NCBI GenBank assembly: GCA_023485405.1
Contig: JAMCZU010000002.1
Location: 1 to 51,245 of the forward strand
DNA: 51,245 nt
Reading direction: 5' to 3'
From: Patescibacteria group bacterium
Lineage (GTDB): Bacteria > Patescibacteriota > UBA1384 > UBA12157 > JAENIV01
The number at the start of each line of letters is the position of its first letter. Within the stretch, counting starts at the first letter, position 1. The notes under the pieces are model-generated. The model had not been told where the DNA came from. It worked only from the letters and a program-made list of their open reading frames with translations, and did no database searches. The translations under genes and the position numbers were made by a program. Below are positions 19,537-29,272 of this stretch, in pieces.

Positions 19537-20433
19537 CTATTGGCGGCGTCGAAGGCCGAAGCCAATGAGGCCGACGAGGCCACTTGCGAGCGCCAGCAAA
19601 CTGCCGGGCTCAGGGACAGGCGATGCTTTCCAATACAAGTCTCCTTGTTGGAAGATCGCACCAGAACCATCGGCTCCGATGAGATCCCAATCGCCGCCGT
19701 GGCCGATGACATACGGCGTATCGAGCTTTCCATTCGAGACTTTCGAGGCATAAGCTGTTATGCCATCGAACGCTACGCCCCACATCCAACCGCCACCATA
19801 GGCTATTTCTGAAAAGGCAAAATTCGTGTCTTTCCAATTACCATTGCCGGTGCCGCTATAGACATGGTAGCCTTGGTTAAGATAATCTCTGGTATTTTGG
19901 CCCACAACGAAAATATTATTGTTGGGTCCAAACGTGGCGCCAGTGATCCACCATGGTCCGGATACGCCCGCGAATGGGATATATCCTTCGGTTGTACCAT
20001 CGTGGTTAGCGCGCAGGAGGAAGCTAACTTGCATATTTCCGAACAGTACGTCGCCCGCGCTGTTTCCCGTCGGTCGGATAAGAGGGTTAATAAACTGTGC
20101 CGCTTCAGTTACATGCGTGATTGAACTGCCGTTCCAGATCGAGGCAAATCCTTGTTCGTCGTAAAACGCAACTTTGCCTCCGGCATAGTAAGGATTGCGA
20201 CCCTTGATACCGTAGGTATTCCAAGAGCCGTCGTAAGCAACTTCGCCGATGACACCACTTTTGGTGGCAAGCCATCGGGAGTTAGCGTAACTGCTGGACA
20301 TGTAGTCCAGCCCAGTTGGCGCTGTTAAAGGCGACAACTTGAACAGATTGCTTTCGCGGCCGGCGCTGGTGGTACTAGCCACCATAAGTGTCGATAAGAA
20401 CGCCAGAACTACCAGAGAAAATACCTTTTTCAT
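19537..20433 (-). CDS. Secreted PEP-CTERM sorting-domain protein
   Basis: Signal peptide; C-terminal VPEPGS, TM helix, RRRQ. Confidence 0.92.
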   Translation of the reverse strand: MKKVFSLVVLAFLSTLMVASTTSAGRESNLFKLSPLTAPTGLDYMSSSYANSRWLATKSGVIGEVAYDGSWNTYGIKGRNPYYAGGKVAFYDEQGFASIWNGSSITHVTEAAQFINPLIRPTGNSAGDVLFGNMQVSFLLRANHDGTTEGYIPFAGVSGPWWITGATFGPNNNIFVVGQNTRDYLNQGYHVYSGTGNGNWKDTNFAFSEIAYGGGWMWGVAFDGITAYASKVSNGKLDTPYVIGHGGDWDLIGADGSGAIFQQGDLYWKASPVPEPGSLLALASGLVGLIGFGLRRRQ

Positions 20434-20526
20434 TGTAAATGTGCCTCCTTAGCACTTGGAACAGATATAGCCTCCTTTCAGCCCGATTGCTGAAAGAAAG
20501 CTAGCCTATTCCAAGGCAACTAAAAT

Positions 20527-20555
20527 ATTATACCTTAAATTAAGGCATTTGTCAA
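20527..20555 (-). promoter_or_regulatory. Consensus sigma70 promoter TTGACA-17-TATAAT
   Basis: Exact consensus; spacer contains CCTTA-N3-TAAGG. Confidence 0.85.
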
Positions 20556-20587
20556 GGAGTATGTATGAGTATGGAGGGCTAAAAATA

Positions 20588-21286
20588 TTATCTAATTTTC
20601 ATTGAATTAATTACAATATCGTAAGCGCTACTTTCTGTAGAATCTGTTTTTAAATCAATGGTGACGATATCTTTGCTCGTGTTTTGAATGGCAGTATGAT
20701 TTCTACCACTCTTTACCCATTGAATTGCTGGTGAACCATTTAAAGTTAGCGAGTTGTAGTCCGAAATATTGTTTCTTAAAGCATAGTTTTTCAAATCTTC
20801 GTAAGGCGGAGTAGCACATGTGACAGGTGAATAATCAGTATGAACATCAGCGCTACCAGCGCTAATAATAATGGAATTATCTGAACTGTATGCTCCTTCT
20901 GTGTAGACCTCTAACCATGTAGCACCGCCTACCATAGGTGTTCCGCCCGTTCTTCTGACTAATAAATTGGAAGGATACTTAAAAGAAATTGTGATATTAC
21001 AGTCTAAGCTTCCTGTATTAGTGGAAGGAATAGTAGCTTCAAAACTTTTAGTTTCTACTGCTGGTGTTGAAGTTGCCGATGGTGTTTGATTGCCTGTCGG
21101 TGTTGTTGTCGTCCTTGCTGATGTCGACGGTGAAACTGTAGCTGATTTAGTTGGTGTTGGGCTAGTGGTGGGTGAAACAATACTTTTGTTTCCTTTGTTG
21201 TACCAATAAGTAAAGCCGCCACCCAAAACTAAAACAGTGGCTAGCACGACCCAAAGCCAAGTTCGAACTTTAATTTCGGTAGTCAT
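20588..21286 (-). CDS. Membrane-anchored protein with Thr/Pro/Ser-rich linker and possible PsbP-like domain
   Basis: N-terminal TM helix, 'SPTTSPTPT..' linker, GAGGAGG SD. Confidence 0.75.
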   Translation of the reverse strand: MTTEIKVRTWLWVVLATVLVLGGGFTYWYNKGNKSIVSPTTSPTPTKSATVSPSTSARTTTTPTGNQTPSATSTPAVETKSFEATIPSTNTGSLDCNITISFKYPSNLLVRRTGGTPMVGGATWLEVYTEGAYSSDNSIIISAGSADVHTDYSPVTCATPPYEDLKNYALRNNISDYNSLTLNGSPAIQWVKSGRNHTAIQNTSKDIVTIDLKTDSTESSAYDIVINSMKIR

Positions 21287-21341
21287 ATTTTTCCTCCTCT
21301 TAAGATTAGAATACTATATATATATATCGCTTACAAGTAAT

Positions 21342-21578
21342 CTATTGTTTTCTAAGTAATTTCGTAAAATCTTCCGGTGAAATTTTAAAATCCCTGAGAA
21401 TTTGTCTTAAAAGACCTTTGCCGATATTTTCTCCCGAATGAAATGGAATAGTTGTCCAACGTCCATCAGGATGTTTCCAGACTTGATGACTACCTTTTTG
21501 TCGGTAAAAAGAAAAACCACATTTTCTAATAATTTTTGTTAGATCTTTGGCAGTTAAAGATGGTAATTTGGGAGCCAT
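21342..21578 (-). CDS. hicA: HicA-family toxin
   Basis: 'RQKGSH', 'TTIPFH..IGKGLLRQIL'. Confidence 0.93.
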   Translation of the reverse strand: MAPKLPSLTAKDLTKIIRKCGFSFYRQKGSHQVWKHPDGRWTTIPFHSGENIGKGLLRQILRDFKISPEDFTKLLRKQ

Positions 21579-21579
21579 T

Positions 21580-21783
21580 TTAAACTTTTAATTTATCTTG
21601 GGAGATAAAATCAATTCTAATTTTACGAGCTTCTAAATGAAGTTCGATTGCTTCTTGAATACGTTCTAAAGCTTCTTTGTAGGTTTTACCTTGAGTATAA
21701 CAACCTTGAATGATGGGTGTAGAAGCAACATAAAATCCGTCTTCATCTTTTTCAATAATAATAGGAAAATTATAATTAGCCAT
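21580..21783 (-). CDS. hicB: HicB-family antitoxin (short)
   Basis: 'IIEKDEDGFYVA..GCYTQGKTYKEALERIQEAI'. Confidence 0.92.
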   Translation of the reverse strand: MANYNFPIIIEKDEDGFYVASTPIIQGCYTQGKTYKEALERIQEAIELHLEARKIRIDFISQDKLKV

Positions 21784-21840
21784 TTTTATCTTTCTTGATT
21801 TTATTATATCGTAATTTTGCTATTTGTAAACATTATTATA

Positions 21841-21869
21841 TTGAACTTTTATCTTTTTTAAGGTATATT
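21841..21869 (+). promoter_or_regulatory. Promoter TTGAAC-17-TATATT, 6 nt before ATG (leaderless)
   Basis: Spacing read directly from sequence. Confidence 0.6.
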
Positions 21870-21875
21870 TAGATT

Positions 21876-22283
21876 ATGGAAAAATTATTTCGTCGTCGCG
21901 GAGTGCGACAATTTATTAAATTTGGTATTGTTGGCGCCTCTTCGACGGTGATTGATTGGGGGATATTTTATTTTTTAAATTTAACTTTCGGCATTTATTA
22001 TTTAACAGCTAAAGTTTTATCTTTTTCGATTGCTGTTTTTAATTCTTTTATTTGGAACCGACGCTGGACATTTCGGTCAACTGATCCTAGTCACGGTAAA
22101 GAATTTACAAAATTTCTGATTATTGCCTTAGTTGGTCTATCTCTAAATGCTTTAATAATGTATTTAGCAGTTTCAATTTTCCATACCAGAAAAATTTTTG
22201 GTTTAGCTTTTGCGACAGGAATTGTGACTTTTTGGAATTTTCTGGCTAATAAATTTTATACGTTTAAACACTCACAAGCATGA
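21876..22283 (+). CDS. GtrA-family protein
   Basis: 'QFIKFGIVG', 'NRRWTF', 'WNFLANKFYTF'. Confidence 0.93.
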   Translation: MEKLFRRRGVRQFIKFGIVGASSTVIDWGIFYFLNLTFGIYYLTAKVLSFSIAVFNSFIWNRRWTFRSTDPSHGKEFTKFLIIALVGLSLNALIMYLAVSIFHTRKIFGLAFATGIVTFWNFLANKFYTFKHSQA

Positions 22284-23386
22284 AAATAGGTATTGACGCC
22301 CGGATGTATCGGTCAACAGTGGCTGGCATCGGGCGCTATTCGCAAAATTTAATCAAGAATCTTTTAGCTCTCGATAAAAATAACGAGTATATTTTATTTA
22401 TGACTTTGGCTGATAAAAAAGAGTTTGAAAATTATTTCATTGAAAATTCATTGAAAATTGAAAATTATAAATTGAAAATTGTCGTAGTTGATATTCCACA
22501 CTTTAGCCTGGCTGAGCAGACCAAATTGCCGAAAATTTTAGAAAAAGAAAATTTAGATTTAATGCATTTTTTAAATTTTAATTATCCGATGCGATACAAA
22601 GGTAAGTTTATTACGACGATTCATGATTTAACTTTACTTTTTTATCCCCAAGCCGCCAAGGATATGAATTTGATTAAACATTTGGGGTTTCGTCTGGTGA
22701 TGAAAAAAGCTTGTCAAAATGCGACCAAAATTATTGCAGTTTCTAAAACGACCAAAAAAGATATTATTAAAAAATTTAAAGTGCCAAACGAAAAAATCGC
22801 AGTCATTTACGAAGCCGCTGACGACCCCACTTCGCTCCGCCATGTGGCGGAGCTACGAGGGGCAAGCAAAAAAAATGCTGACAAGCCAATTATTCTCTAC
22901 GTTGGTCAATTTCGTCGCCATAAAAATTTAAAAGGCTTAATCGAAGCTTATCAAATTCTAAAACAAGAATTGCCTTGTAAGTTAGTGATTTTAGGAAAGA
23001 AAGAAAACTTGAATCTTGACATTTCTTCTTTAAAAGATGATATTGTAATGCCGGGCTTTGTGTCAGATGAAGATTTAAAAATGTGGTATAAAACGGCTTC
23101 GGTTTTTGTGATGCCAAGTTTTTACGAAGGTTTTGGTTTGCCGGGGCTGGAAGCGATGATGGCTGGGACGCCGGTGGTGGCCTCTCGAACGGGATCTTTG
23201 CCAGAAATTTATCAAGATGCTGCTTTATATTTTGACCCCTTTAATTCAAGAGATATTGCTGCTAAAATTAAAGAGGTTATTATAAATAAGAATTTACATG
23301 ATAAATTAATTCAAAATGGTTTGCGAATTTCGCGTGTTTACAGTTGGAAAAAGACAGCTGAAGAAACACTCAAGCTGTACAAATAG
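22280..23386 (+). CDS. GT4 glycosyltransferase carrying two in-frame repeat insertions
   Basis: 'TIHDL', 'HKN', 'EGFGLPGLEAM'. Confidence 0.93.
   Translation: MKIGIDARMYRSTVAGIGRYSQNLIKNLLALDKNNEYILFMTLADKKEFENYFIENSLKIENYKLKIVVVDIPHFSLAEQTKLPKILEKENLDLMHFLNFNYPMRYKGKFITTIHDLTLLFYPQAAKDMNLIKHLGFRLVMKKACQNATKIIAVSKTTKKDIIKKFKVPNEKIAVIYEAADDPTSLRHVAELRGASKKNADKPIILYVGQFRRHKNLKGLIEAYQILKQELPCKLVILGKKENLNLDISSLKDDIVMPGFVSDEDLKMWYKTASVFVMPSFYEGFGLPGLEAMMAGTPVVASRTGSLPEIYQDAALYFDPFNSRDIAAKIKEVIINKNLHDKLIQNGLRISRVYSWKKTAEETLKLYK
22424..22480. repeat. Heptamer repeat half-element within CDS
   Basis: TGAAAAT units; encodes FENYFIENSLKIENYKLKI. Confidence 0.7.
22825..22867. repeat. GC hairpin insertion within CDS
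   Basis: CCCC-ACTTCG-CTCCGCC-ATGT-GGCGGAG-CTACGA-GGGG-CAAGC; encodes PTSLRHVAELRGAS. Confidence 0.75.
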
Positions 23387-23418
23387 CTTGAAAATTATTA
23401 ATATTTACGGAGGTTAAA

Positions 23419-25413
23419 ATGCCTATCGAGTCTTTATCTTATCTTATTGCTTTGGGGTCAGCCGGTTTGGCAATTATCTATGGTCTTATTTTAACTTGGC
23501 AAATTTTAAAGTCTGATCCAGGCAGTTCCCAGATGCAAGAAATTGCGGCGGCGATTCAGCAAGGAGCTAAAGCTTATCTTAATCGTCAATACAAAACCGT
23601 TGCTTGGATTGCTTTAGGGCTAGCGATTGTTTTGTATTTTGCTTTAGGTCTTAAAACAGCCACCGGTTTTTTAATTGGGGCGGTTTTATCAGCTTCAGCC
23701 GGTTATATTGGTATGAATGTGGCAGTCAGAGCCAACGTTCGGACCGCTCAAGCGGCTTCTAAAGGTTTATCGGCTGCTCTTTCAATGGCTTTTCGAGGTG
23801 GAGCGGTCACCGGTCTTTTTGTGGTTGGTTTAGGTTTGATTGGTGTCGCTGGTTTTTATCTTGTCACCAAAGATGTTTCGGCTTTAATTGGCTTAGGGTT
23901 TGGGGCATCACTTATTTCTATTTTTGCTCGTTTGGGTGGAGGAATTTATACGAAAGCGGCCGATGTCGGAGCGGATTTAGTGGGTAAAGTAGAGGCAGGT
24001 ATTCCCGAGGATGATCCTCGTAACCCAGCGGTGATTGCTGATAATGTCGGTGATAATGTTGGTGACTGTGCGGGAATGGCGGCTGATCTTTTTGAAACTT
24101 ATGCGGTGACAGCCATTGCGGTGATGCTTTTAGGATCATTAACATTTTCTTCCGATAAAGCTATTTTGTATCCTTTAGTTTTAGGTGGCGTCGCCATTTC
24201 CTCTTCAATTTTGGGAACATTTTTTGTACGATTGTCAGGCAAAAAGATCATGAATGCTTTATATAAGGGTTTATTTGCCTCAGCTATCTTGGCCGCCATT
24301 GGTTTTTATTTTGTGACAACTTATTTTATGACTGGTATTGTTGGTAGCGTCTGGAATTTATATTACGCCAGCCTGATAGGCATTGGTGTCACTTTAGGTA
24401 TGGTGGTGATTACCGAATATTATACTTCTACTAAATATCATCCAGTCAAAGCAGTGGCAGAGGCCTCCCAAAGTGGTCATGGTACTAATATTATTGCGGG
24501 ATTAGCCCTTTCAATGAAAGCAACAACCTGGCCAGTTATTTTGATCTGCGCGGCAATTTTAACTGCTTATGCTTTGGCGGGCCTTTATGGGATTGCTATT
24601 GCCGCTTTTTCGATGCTTTCAATGACTGGTATTATTGTGGCGATTGATTCTTATGGTCCGATTACCGATAACGCTGGTGGTATTGCCGAAATGGCCAAAT
24701 TACCCGAAAGCGTGCGCGCGGTGACTGACCCATTGGATGCGGTTGGCAATACGACTAAGGCTATTACTAAAGGTTATGCGATTGCTTCAGCGGGATTAGC
24801 GGCCTTAGTTCTTTTTGCTTCATACATTCAAGATTTAACCCAAACTCACGGAACGCTACCTTTTGAACTTTCAAATCCTCGTTTGCTAGTTGGTTTAATT
24901 ATTGGTGGGTTGCTGCCTTATCTTTTTGCGGCCTTTTCGATGGAAGCAGTTGGGCATGCGGCCGGTGCCGTGGTAGTCGAAGTTCGTCGTCAATTTAAGG
25001 AAATTAAAGGTTTAATGCAGGGTAATGCCAAACCTGATTATTCTAAAGCCGTTGATATTGTGACGAAATCAGCTTTAAGGCAAATGATTGTACCAGCGTT
25101 ATTACCTGTTTTGGCACCGATTGCGGTTGGGTTTATTTTAGGTCCAGTGGCTTTAGGTGGTCTTTTGGTTGGCTCGATTGTAACAGGATTATTTGTGGCT
25201 ATTTCGATGACCACGGGTGGCGCGGCTTGGGATAATGCCAAGAAATATATTGAAGAAGGAAATCTGGGTGGTAAAGGAAGTCTTGCTCATCAAGCCGCGG
25301 TTACTGGTGATACGGTCGGTGATCCTTATAAAGATACCGCTGGTCCCGCTATTAACCCAATGATTAAGATTTTAAACATCGTCGCTTTATTGATTGTTAA
25401 ATTTCTTAAATAG
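23419..25413 (+). CDS. hppA: Membrane-bound proton-translocating pyrophosphatase, K+-independent type
   Basis: '[11 protein letters not shown]', 'DNVGDNVGD', 'GNTTKA' (Lys determinant). Confidence 0.96.
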   Translation: MPIESLSYLIALGSAGLAIIYGLILTWQILKSDPGSSQMQEIAAAIQQGAKAYLNRQYKTVAWIALGLAIVLYFALGLKTATGFLIGAVLSASAGYIGMNVAVRANVRTAQAASKGLSAALSMAFRGGAVTGLFVVGLGLIGVAGFYLVTKDVSALIGLGFGASLISIFARLGGGIYTKAADVGADLVGKVEAGIPEDDPRNPAVIADNVGDNVGDCAGMAADLFETYAVTAIAVMLLGSLTFSSDKAILYPLVLGGVAISSSILGTFFVRLSGKKIMNALYKGLFASAILAAIGFYFVTTYFMTGIVGSVWNLYYASLIGIGVTLGMVVITEYYTSTKYHPVKAVAEASQSGHGTNIIAGLALSMKATTWPVILICAAILTAYALAGLYGIAIAAFSMLSMTGIIVAIDSYGPITDNAGGIAEMAKLPESVRAVTDPLDAVGNTTKAITKGYAIASAGLAALVLFASYIQDLTQTHGTLPFELSNPRLLVGLIIGGLLPYLFAAFSMEAVGHAAGAVVVEVRRQFKEIKGLMQGNAKPDYSKAVDIVTKSALRQMIVPALLPVLAPIAVGFILGPVALGGLLVGSIVTGLFVAISMTTGGAAWDNAKKYIEEGNLGGKGSLAHQAAVTGDTVGDPYKDTAGPAINPMIKILNIVALLIVKFLK

Positions 25414-25423
25414 CTTAAAGAAT

Positions 25424-25639
25424 ATGTCAAAAGGAATTGAAGCCAGAATTAGAGAAATAGGAGAGGAAAAGACTTTGCTTGAAATTGAAAATCAGAGATT
25501 GGTTTTAAGTTCTAAGTGTCTCCCAGAAAAATCTTTAAAAGGTGGAAAACTGAAGTTATATTTGTTAAATTCTGAAGAGGGAGTTTCGGAAAAAAAATTA
25601 GCTAAAATAATTTTAGAAGAAATTTTAAATGGCAAATAA
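25424..25639 (+). CDS. Small hypothetical protein
   Basis: Fills the hppA-VanW gap; ends 'LAKIILEEILNG'. Confidence 0.65.
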   Translation: MSKGIEARIREIGEEKTLLEIENQRLVLSSKCLPEKSLKGGKLKLYLLNSEEGVSEKKLAKIILEEILNGK

Positions 25640-25647
25640 AGGGGATA

Positions 25648-27588
25648 ATGCTCAAAAAAATATTAAAAAAAGACGTTAAGAAGATTTGGCAAAATATTAA
25701 ATTTCGTCGAATTTGTCTTGCTAGTGGTCTAGTAGTTGTTGCGATAGCAGCTGTCTTTTTTTTATTTAATTTAATTTATCAAGATAAAGTATTTCCCCAT
25801 ACTTATATTGGCGAAGTCAATTTTGGTGGCCAGACACGCGATGAGGCTAAAGAAAATCTTAATGGAATAATTGCAAGGTCGCAAAACAGTCAATTGAACT
25901 ACATGTGGGGAGAAAAAACATACAGCACCGATCTTAACAATCTAGAAGTAAATTTTTCTAATTCCAGTGATAAAACAGTTGATCGGCTCATGGCAGTGGG
26001 TCGAACGGGTATGCTTGGTAAAATACTAGCCGAAACGGGTCGCGCAATTATTTCGAAAAATATTGTTTATGCTCAATTTGGTTTTAATGAAGAAAAATTA
26101 AACGACTATTTAACAAATATTACTAAAGATATTGATAAACTGGAAAAAGATGCCACCATTGAAATTCGAAGTGATGGTCCGGTGGTGATTCCTGAAGAAA
26201 TCGGTCAGAAATTCGAGATGGCTGTCAACAAACAAATTATTTTTGATCTCCTTGGCAGTTTTGATTTTCCGGCTAATTTACCATTTAAGGTTTCCAAACT
26301 GGTGCCAAAGATTGATTCCAAAATTGCTCAAATGGCTTTACCTGAGACAAAAGATCTAATGAAAAGACAGTTAATAATGAAAGCGGCTAATAAAACTTTT
26401 GAGCTTCACAGCGATGATATTGTTGGTTTAATTGAATTTGTGGCTCGTCCCGCCAAAAAAAATATTTTAAGCACACCCCAAAATTCGGTCAGTCTTTATG
26501 TTTTATCCCCAGAAATATCGGCGGCAAAACTTTCGCCCTTTGTTGAAAAAATTGCTCAAGAAATTTACCAAGAGCCAAAAGATCCAAAATTTCAAGTGAC
26601 TGATGATCGGGTCGCCGCTTTTCAATTAGAGCAAACTGGTTACGAACTGGAAAAAGAAAATGCAACAGCGCAAATCATTGAGGCGATTGGTAATGATAAA
26701 AGCACTTTAGATCTGCCGGTTAAGATTACAAAGTCAAAAGTCTCTTCCGATAATCCGGAAAAATTGGGGCTCAAAGAGCTAATTGGTGAGGGTAGAACTT
26801 CATGGAGAGGTTCGCCACCAAACAGAATTCATAATCTAACCCTTGGTGCTAACAATATTTCCGGTACGATTGTTAATCCGGGTGAAGAATTCTCTACTGT
26901 CAAAACTATTGGTGCCATTGATGCAGCAGCTGGCTTTTTACCGGAATTAGTTATTAAAAATAGCACCCAAGTCACGCCGGAAATTGGTGGTGGTTTGTGC
27001 CAGGTTTCGACGACTTTATTTCGAGCAGTTTTAAATTCGGGCTTAAAAATTACTGATCGAAGTGCTCATTCTTTTCGGGTGAGTTATTACGAACCGCCGG
27101 TGGGAATGGATGCAACGATTTATGATCCGGCGCCTGATTTTAAATTTGTTAACAATATGTCGACACCAATTTTTATTTGGGCGATTGCTGGTAATAACAG
27201 TTTAAGTTTTCAGATTTATGGCACTAAAGACGGACGTAAAGCGGAAATTTCCGATCCAGTTCTTTATGATTATGTTTCACCCGGGGAAGCGGTTTACACC
27301 CAATCGGATTCAATGGCCGCGGGAGCAATTAGACAAACGGAAAGAGCGACCTCTGGTGTATCGGCTAGTTTTAAATATAAAGTGACAAGTGCCAACGGTG
27401 AAGTTTTACAAGAAGAAACTTATATGAGCAAATATGTCCCTATTCCTGATAGTTATTTATATGGTCCAGGGACTGAAGGCATTCCAAACCAAAATCCGGC
27501 GCCAGCCCAAGTAGAAGCAACATCCGTGCCAGCGCCTGCTCCTACATCGGCACCAACAGTTCAGGGAAATACTAAAAAGAAGAACTAA
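25648..27588 (+). CDS. VanW-family protein with peptidoglycan-binding repeats
   Basis: 'GGGLCQVSTTLFRA', 'GMDATIY', 'DFKFVN'; N-terminal TM helix. Confidence 0.93.
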   Translation: MLKKILKKDVKKIWQNIKFRRICLASGLVVVAIAAVFFLFNLIYQDKVFPHTYIGEVNFGGQTRDEAKENLNGIIARSQNSQLNYMWGEKTYSTDLNNLEVNFSNSSDKTVDRLMAVGRTGMLGKILAETGRAIISKNIVYAQFGFNEEKLNDYLTNITKDIDKLEKDATIEIRSDGPVVIPEEIGQKFEMAVNKQIIFDLLGSFDFPANLPFKVSKLVPKIDSKIAQMALPETKDLMKRQLIMKAANKTFELHSDDIVGLIEFVARPAKKNILSTPQNSVSLYVLSPEISAAKLSPFVEKIAQEIYQEPKDPKFQVTDDRVAAFQLEQTGYELEKENATAQIIEAIGNDKSTLDLPVKITKSKVSSDNPEKLGLKELIGEGRTSWRGSPPNRIHNLTLGANNISGTIVNPGEEFSTVKTIGAIDAAAGFLPELVIKNSTQVTPEIGGGLCQVSTTLFRAVLNSGLKITDRSAHSFRVSYYEPPVGMDATIYDPAPDFKFVNNMSTPIFIWAIAGNNSLSFQIYGTKDGRKAEISDPVLYDYVSPGEAVYTQSDSMAAGAIRQTERATSGVSASFKYKVTSANGEVLQEETYMSKYVPIPDSYLYGPGTEGIPNQNPAPAQVEATSVPAPAPTSAPTVQGNTKKKN

Positions 27589-29204
27589 TTTTTAAGTGCT
27601 GTTTTCACAAATTCCACAAATAGTGGATGAGGAGAAAGAGGTCGTGATTTAAACTCTGGGTGGAATTGAGTGGCGATAAAAAATGGATGATTTTTAAGTT
27701 CAATTATTTCCACTAAATGATTATCAGGCGAAGTGCCGGCGATAACTAAGCCTTTTTGTTCTAAAATTTCACGATATTGATTATTAAATTCGTAGCGGTG
27801 ACGATGCCGTTCGAAAATAGATTCTTTTTTGTAGCATTGATAAGTTTTAGATTTTTTATTTAGCTTACAGGGATATGCACCTAGTCGCATTGAACCACCA
27901 TAATTGTGTTCCAGCATCTTTTTCTCTTGGTCAGGCATGATGTGGATCACAGGATGTGGGGTTTTGGGATTAATTTCAGTCGTGTTAGCACTTTTTAAAT
28001 TAGCCACGTTTCTCGTAAACTCAATGGTGGCTAGTTGCATGCCATAGCAAAGTCCTAAGAATGGAATTTTGTGCTTGCGGGCGTATTCGATGGCTAAAAT
28101 TTTTCCTTCAATTCCACGGCTGCCAAAGCCTCCTGGTACACAAATGGCGTCGTATTCTTTCATTATTTTAGCAATTTCTTGTTTTGAAGATTTTTCTAAC
28201 TGTTCGGCATCAATCCAACCGAGTTCTAATTTAACATTTTGCCAAATGGCAGCAATTTTAAGACTTTCAGTGACCGAAAAATAAGTATCTTTCATAGCCA
28301 TATATTTACCAACCAGGCCAATTTTAATGGTCTTTTTTGGGGAAGTATCAATTTTTTGGATAAATTTTGACCATTCTTTGTTGCTCTGATTTTTAAGTTT
28401 TAATTTAAGTTTGCGGCTGACAATTTGGTCAAGATGATATTTTTCTAAAATCAGTGGCACTTTGTAAATAGTATTTACGGTTTCAAGAGGAATGACAGCT
28501 TCTTCTTCAACGCCGGTAAAAAGAGCGATTTTTTTAACCATTGAGGGTTTGACGGGATGATCAGAGCGACAGATTAAAACATCGGGTTGAATCCCCATTG
28601 CTTGCAGATCATGGACACTAAATTGCATTGGTCGGCCTTTGAGTTCTTGGGAGGCGCCAAGATAAGGTAAAAAACCAACGTGAACATAAAGGACATTGTC
28701 TTCACCAACATCATGTTTCATCTGACGAATGGCTTCTACAAAATGAGTGCCTTCGTAATCACCAATCGTGCCGCCAATTTCAGTAATTAAAACATCACAT
28801 TTTGAATCAACAGCTGCTTTAAAAATTCGAGATTTAACTTCATCAGTTACATGGGGAATCATTTGAATGGTTTTGCCTAAATATTTGCCAGAACGTTCTT
28901 TTTCTAAAATAGCTTGATAAATCTGACCCGACATAACAGAAGATGTTTTATCTAAAGAAGTATCAATAAATCTTTCATAATGACCTAAATCTAAATCTGT
29001 TTCTGAACCATCATCTAAAACAAAAACTTCGCCGTGCTCTTCAGGATTTAAAGTGCCGGCGTCAATATTTAAGTATTGGTCAAATTTTTGCATCCAAATT
29101 TTAAAACCATGAGACTTCAAAATATTACCGATCGAAGCCGCGGTCACGCCTTTTCCTAGGCCGGAAAGAACTCCTCCAGTTACAAAGATAAATTTTGTTT
29201 GCAT
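27585..29204 (-). CDS. pyrG: CTP synthase
   Basis: 'TGGVLSGLGKG', 'DLDLGHYERF', 'GLCYGMQ', 'QFHPEF'; start at ATG 29204. Confidence 0.98.
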   Translation of the reverse strand: MQTKFIFVTGGVLSGLGKGVTAASIGNILKSHGFKIWMQKFDQYLNIDAGTLNPEEHGEVFVLDDGSETDLDLGHYERFIDTSLDKTSSVMSGQIYQAILEKERSGKYLGKTIQMIPHVTDEVKSRIFKAAVDSKCDVLITEIGGTIGDYEGTHFVEAIRQMKHDVGEDNVLYVHVGFLPYLGASQELKGRPMQFSVHDLQAMGIQPDVLICRSDHPVKPSMVKKIALFTGVEEEAVIPLETVNTIYKVPLILEKYHLDQIVSRKLKLKLKNQSNKEWSKFIQKIDTSPKKTIKIGLVGKYMAMKDTYFSVTESLKIAAIWQNVKLELGWIDAEQLEKSSKQEIAKIMKEYDAICVPGGFGSRGIEGKILAIEYARKHKIPFLGLCYGMQLATIEFTRNVANLKSANTTEINPKTPHPVIHIMPDQEKKMLEHNYGGSMRLGAYPCKLNKKSKTYQCYKKESIFERHRHRYEFNNQYREILEQKGLVIAGTSPDNHLVEIIELKNHPFFIATQFHPEFKSRPLSPHPLFVEFVKTALKN

Positions 29205-29272
29205 AATCTTATCTTTAAAGTAACAGCTAGGGGTAAAAGTTGTCAAATTTTATAATAAATTCTAGAATAAAA

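Noticed and set aside
19341-20164. Multiple overlapping short ORFs around the PEP-CTERM gene
   Set aside because: Shadow ORFs expected from higher GC; no motifs or SD sites
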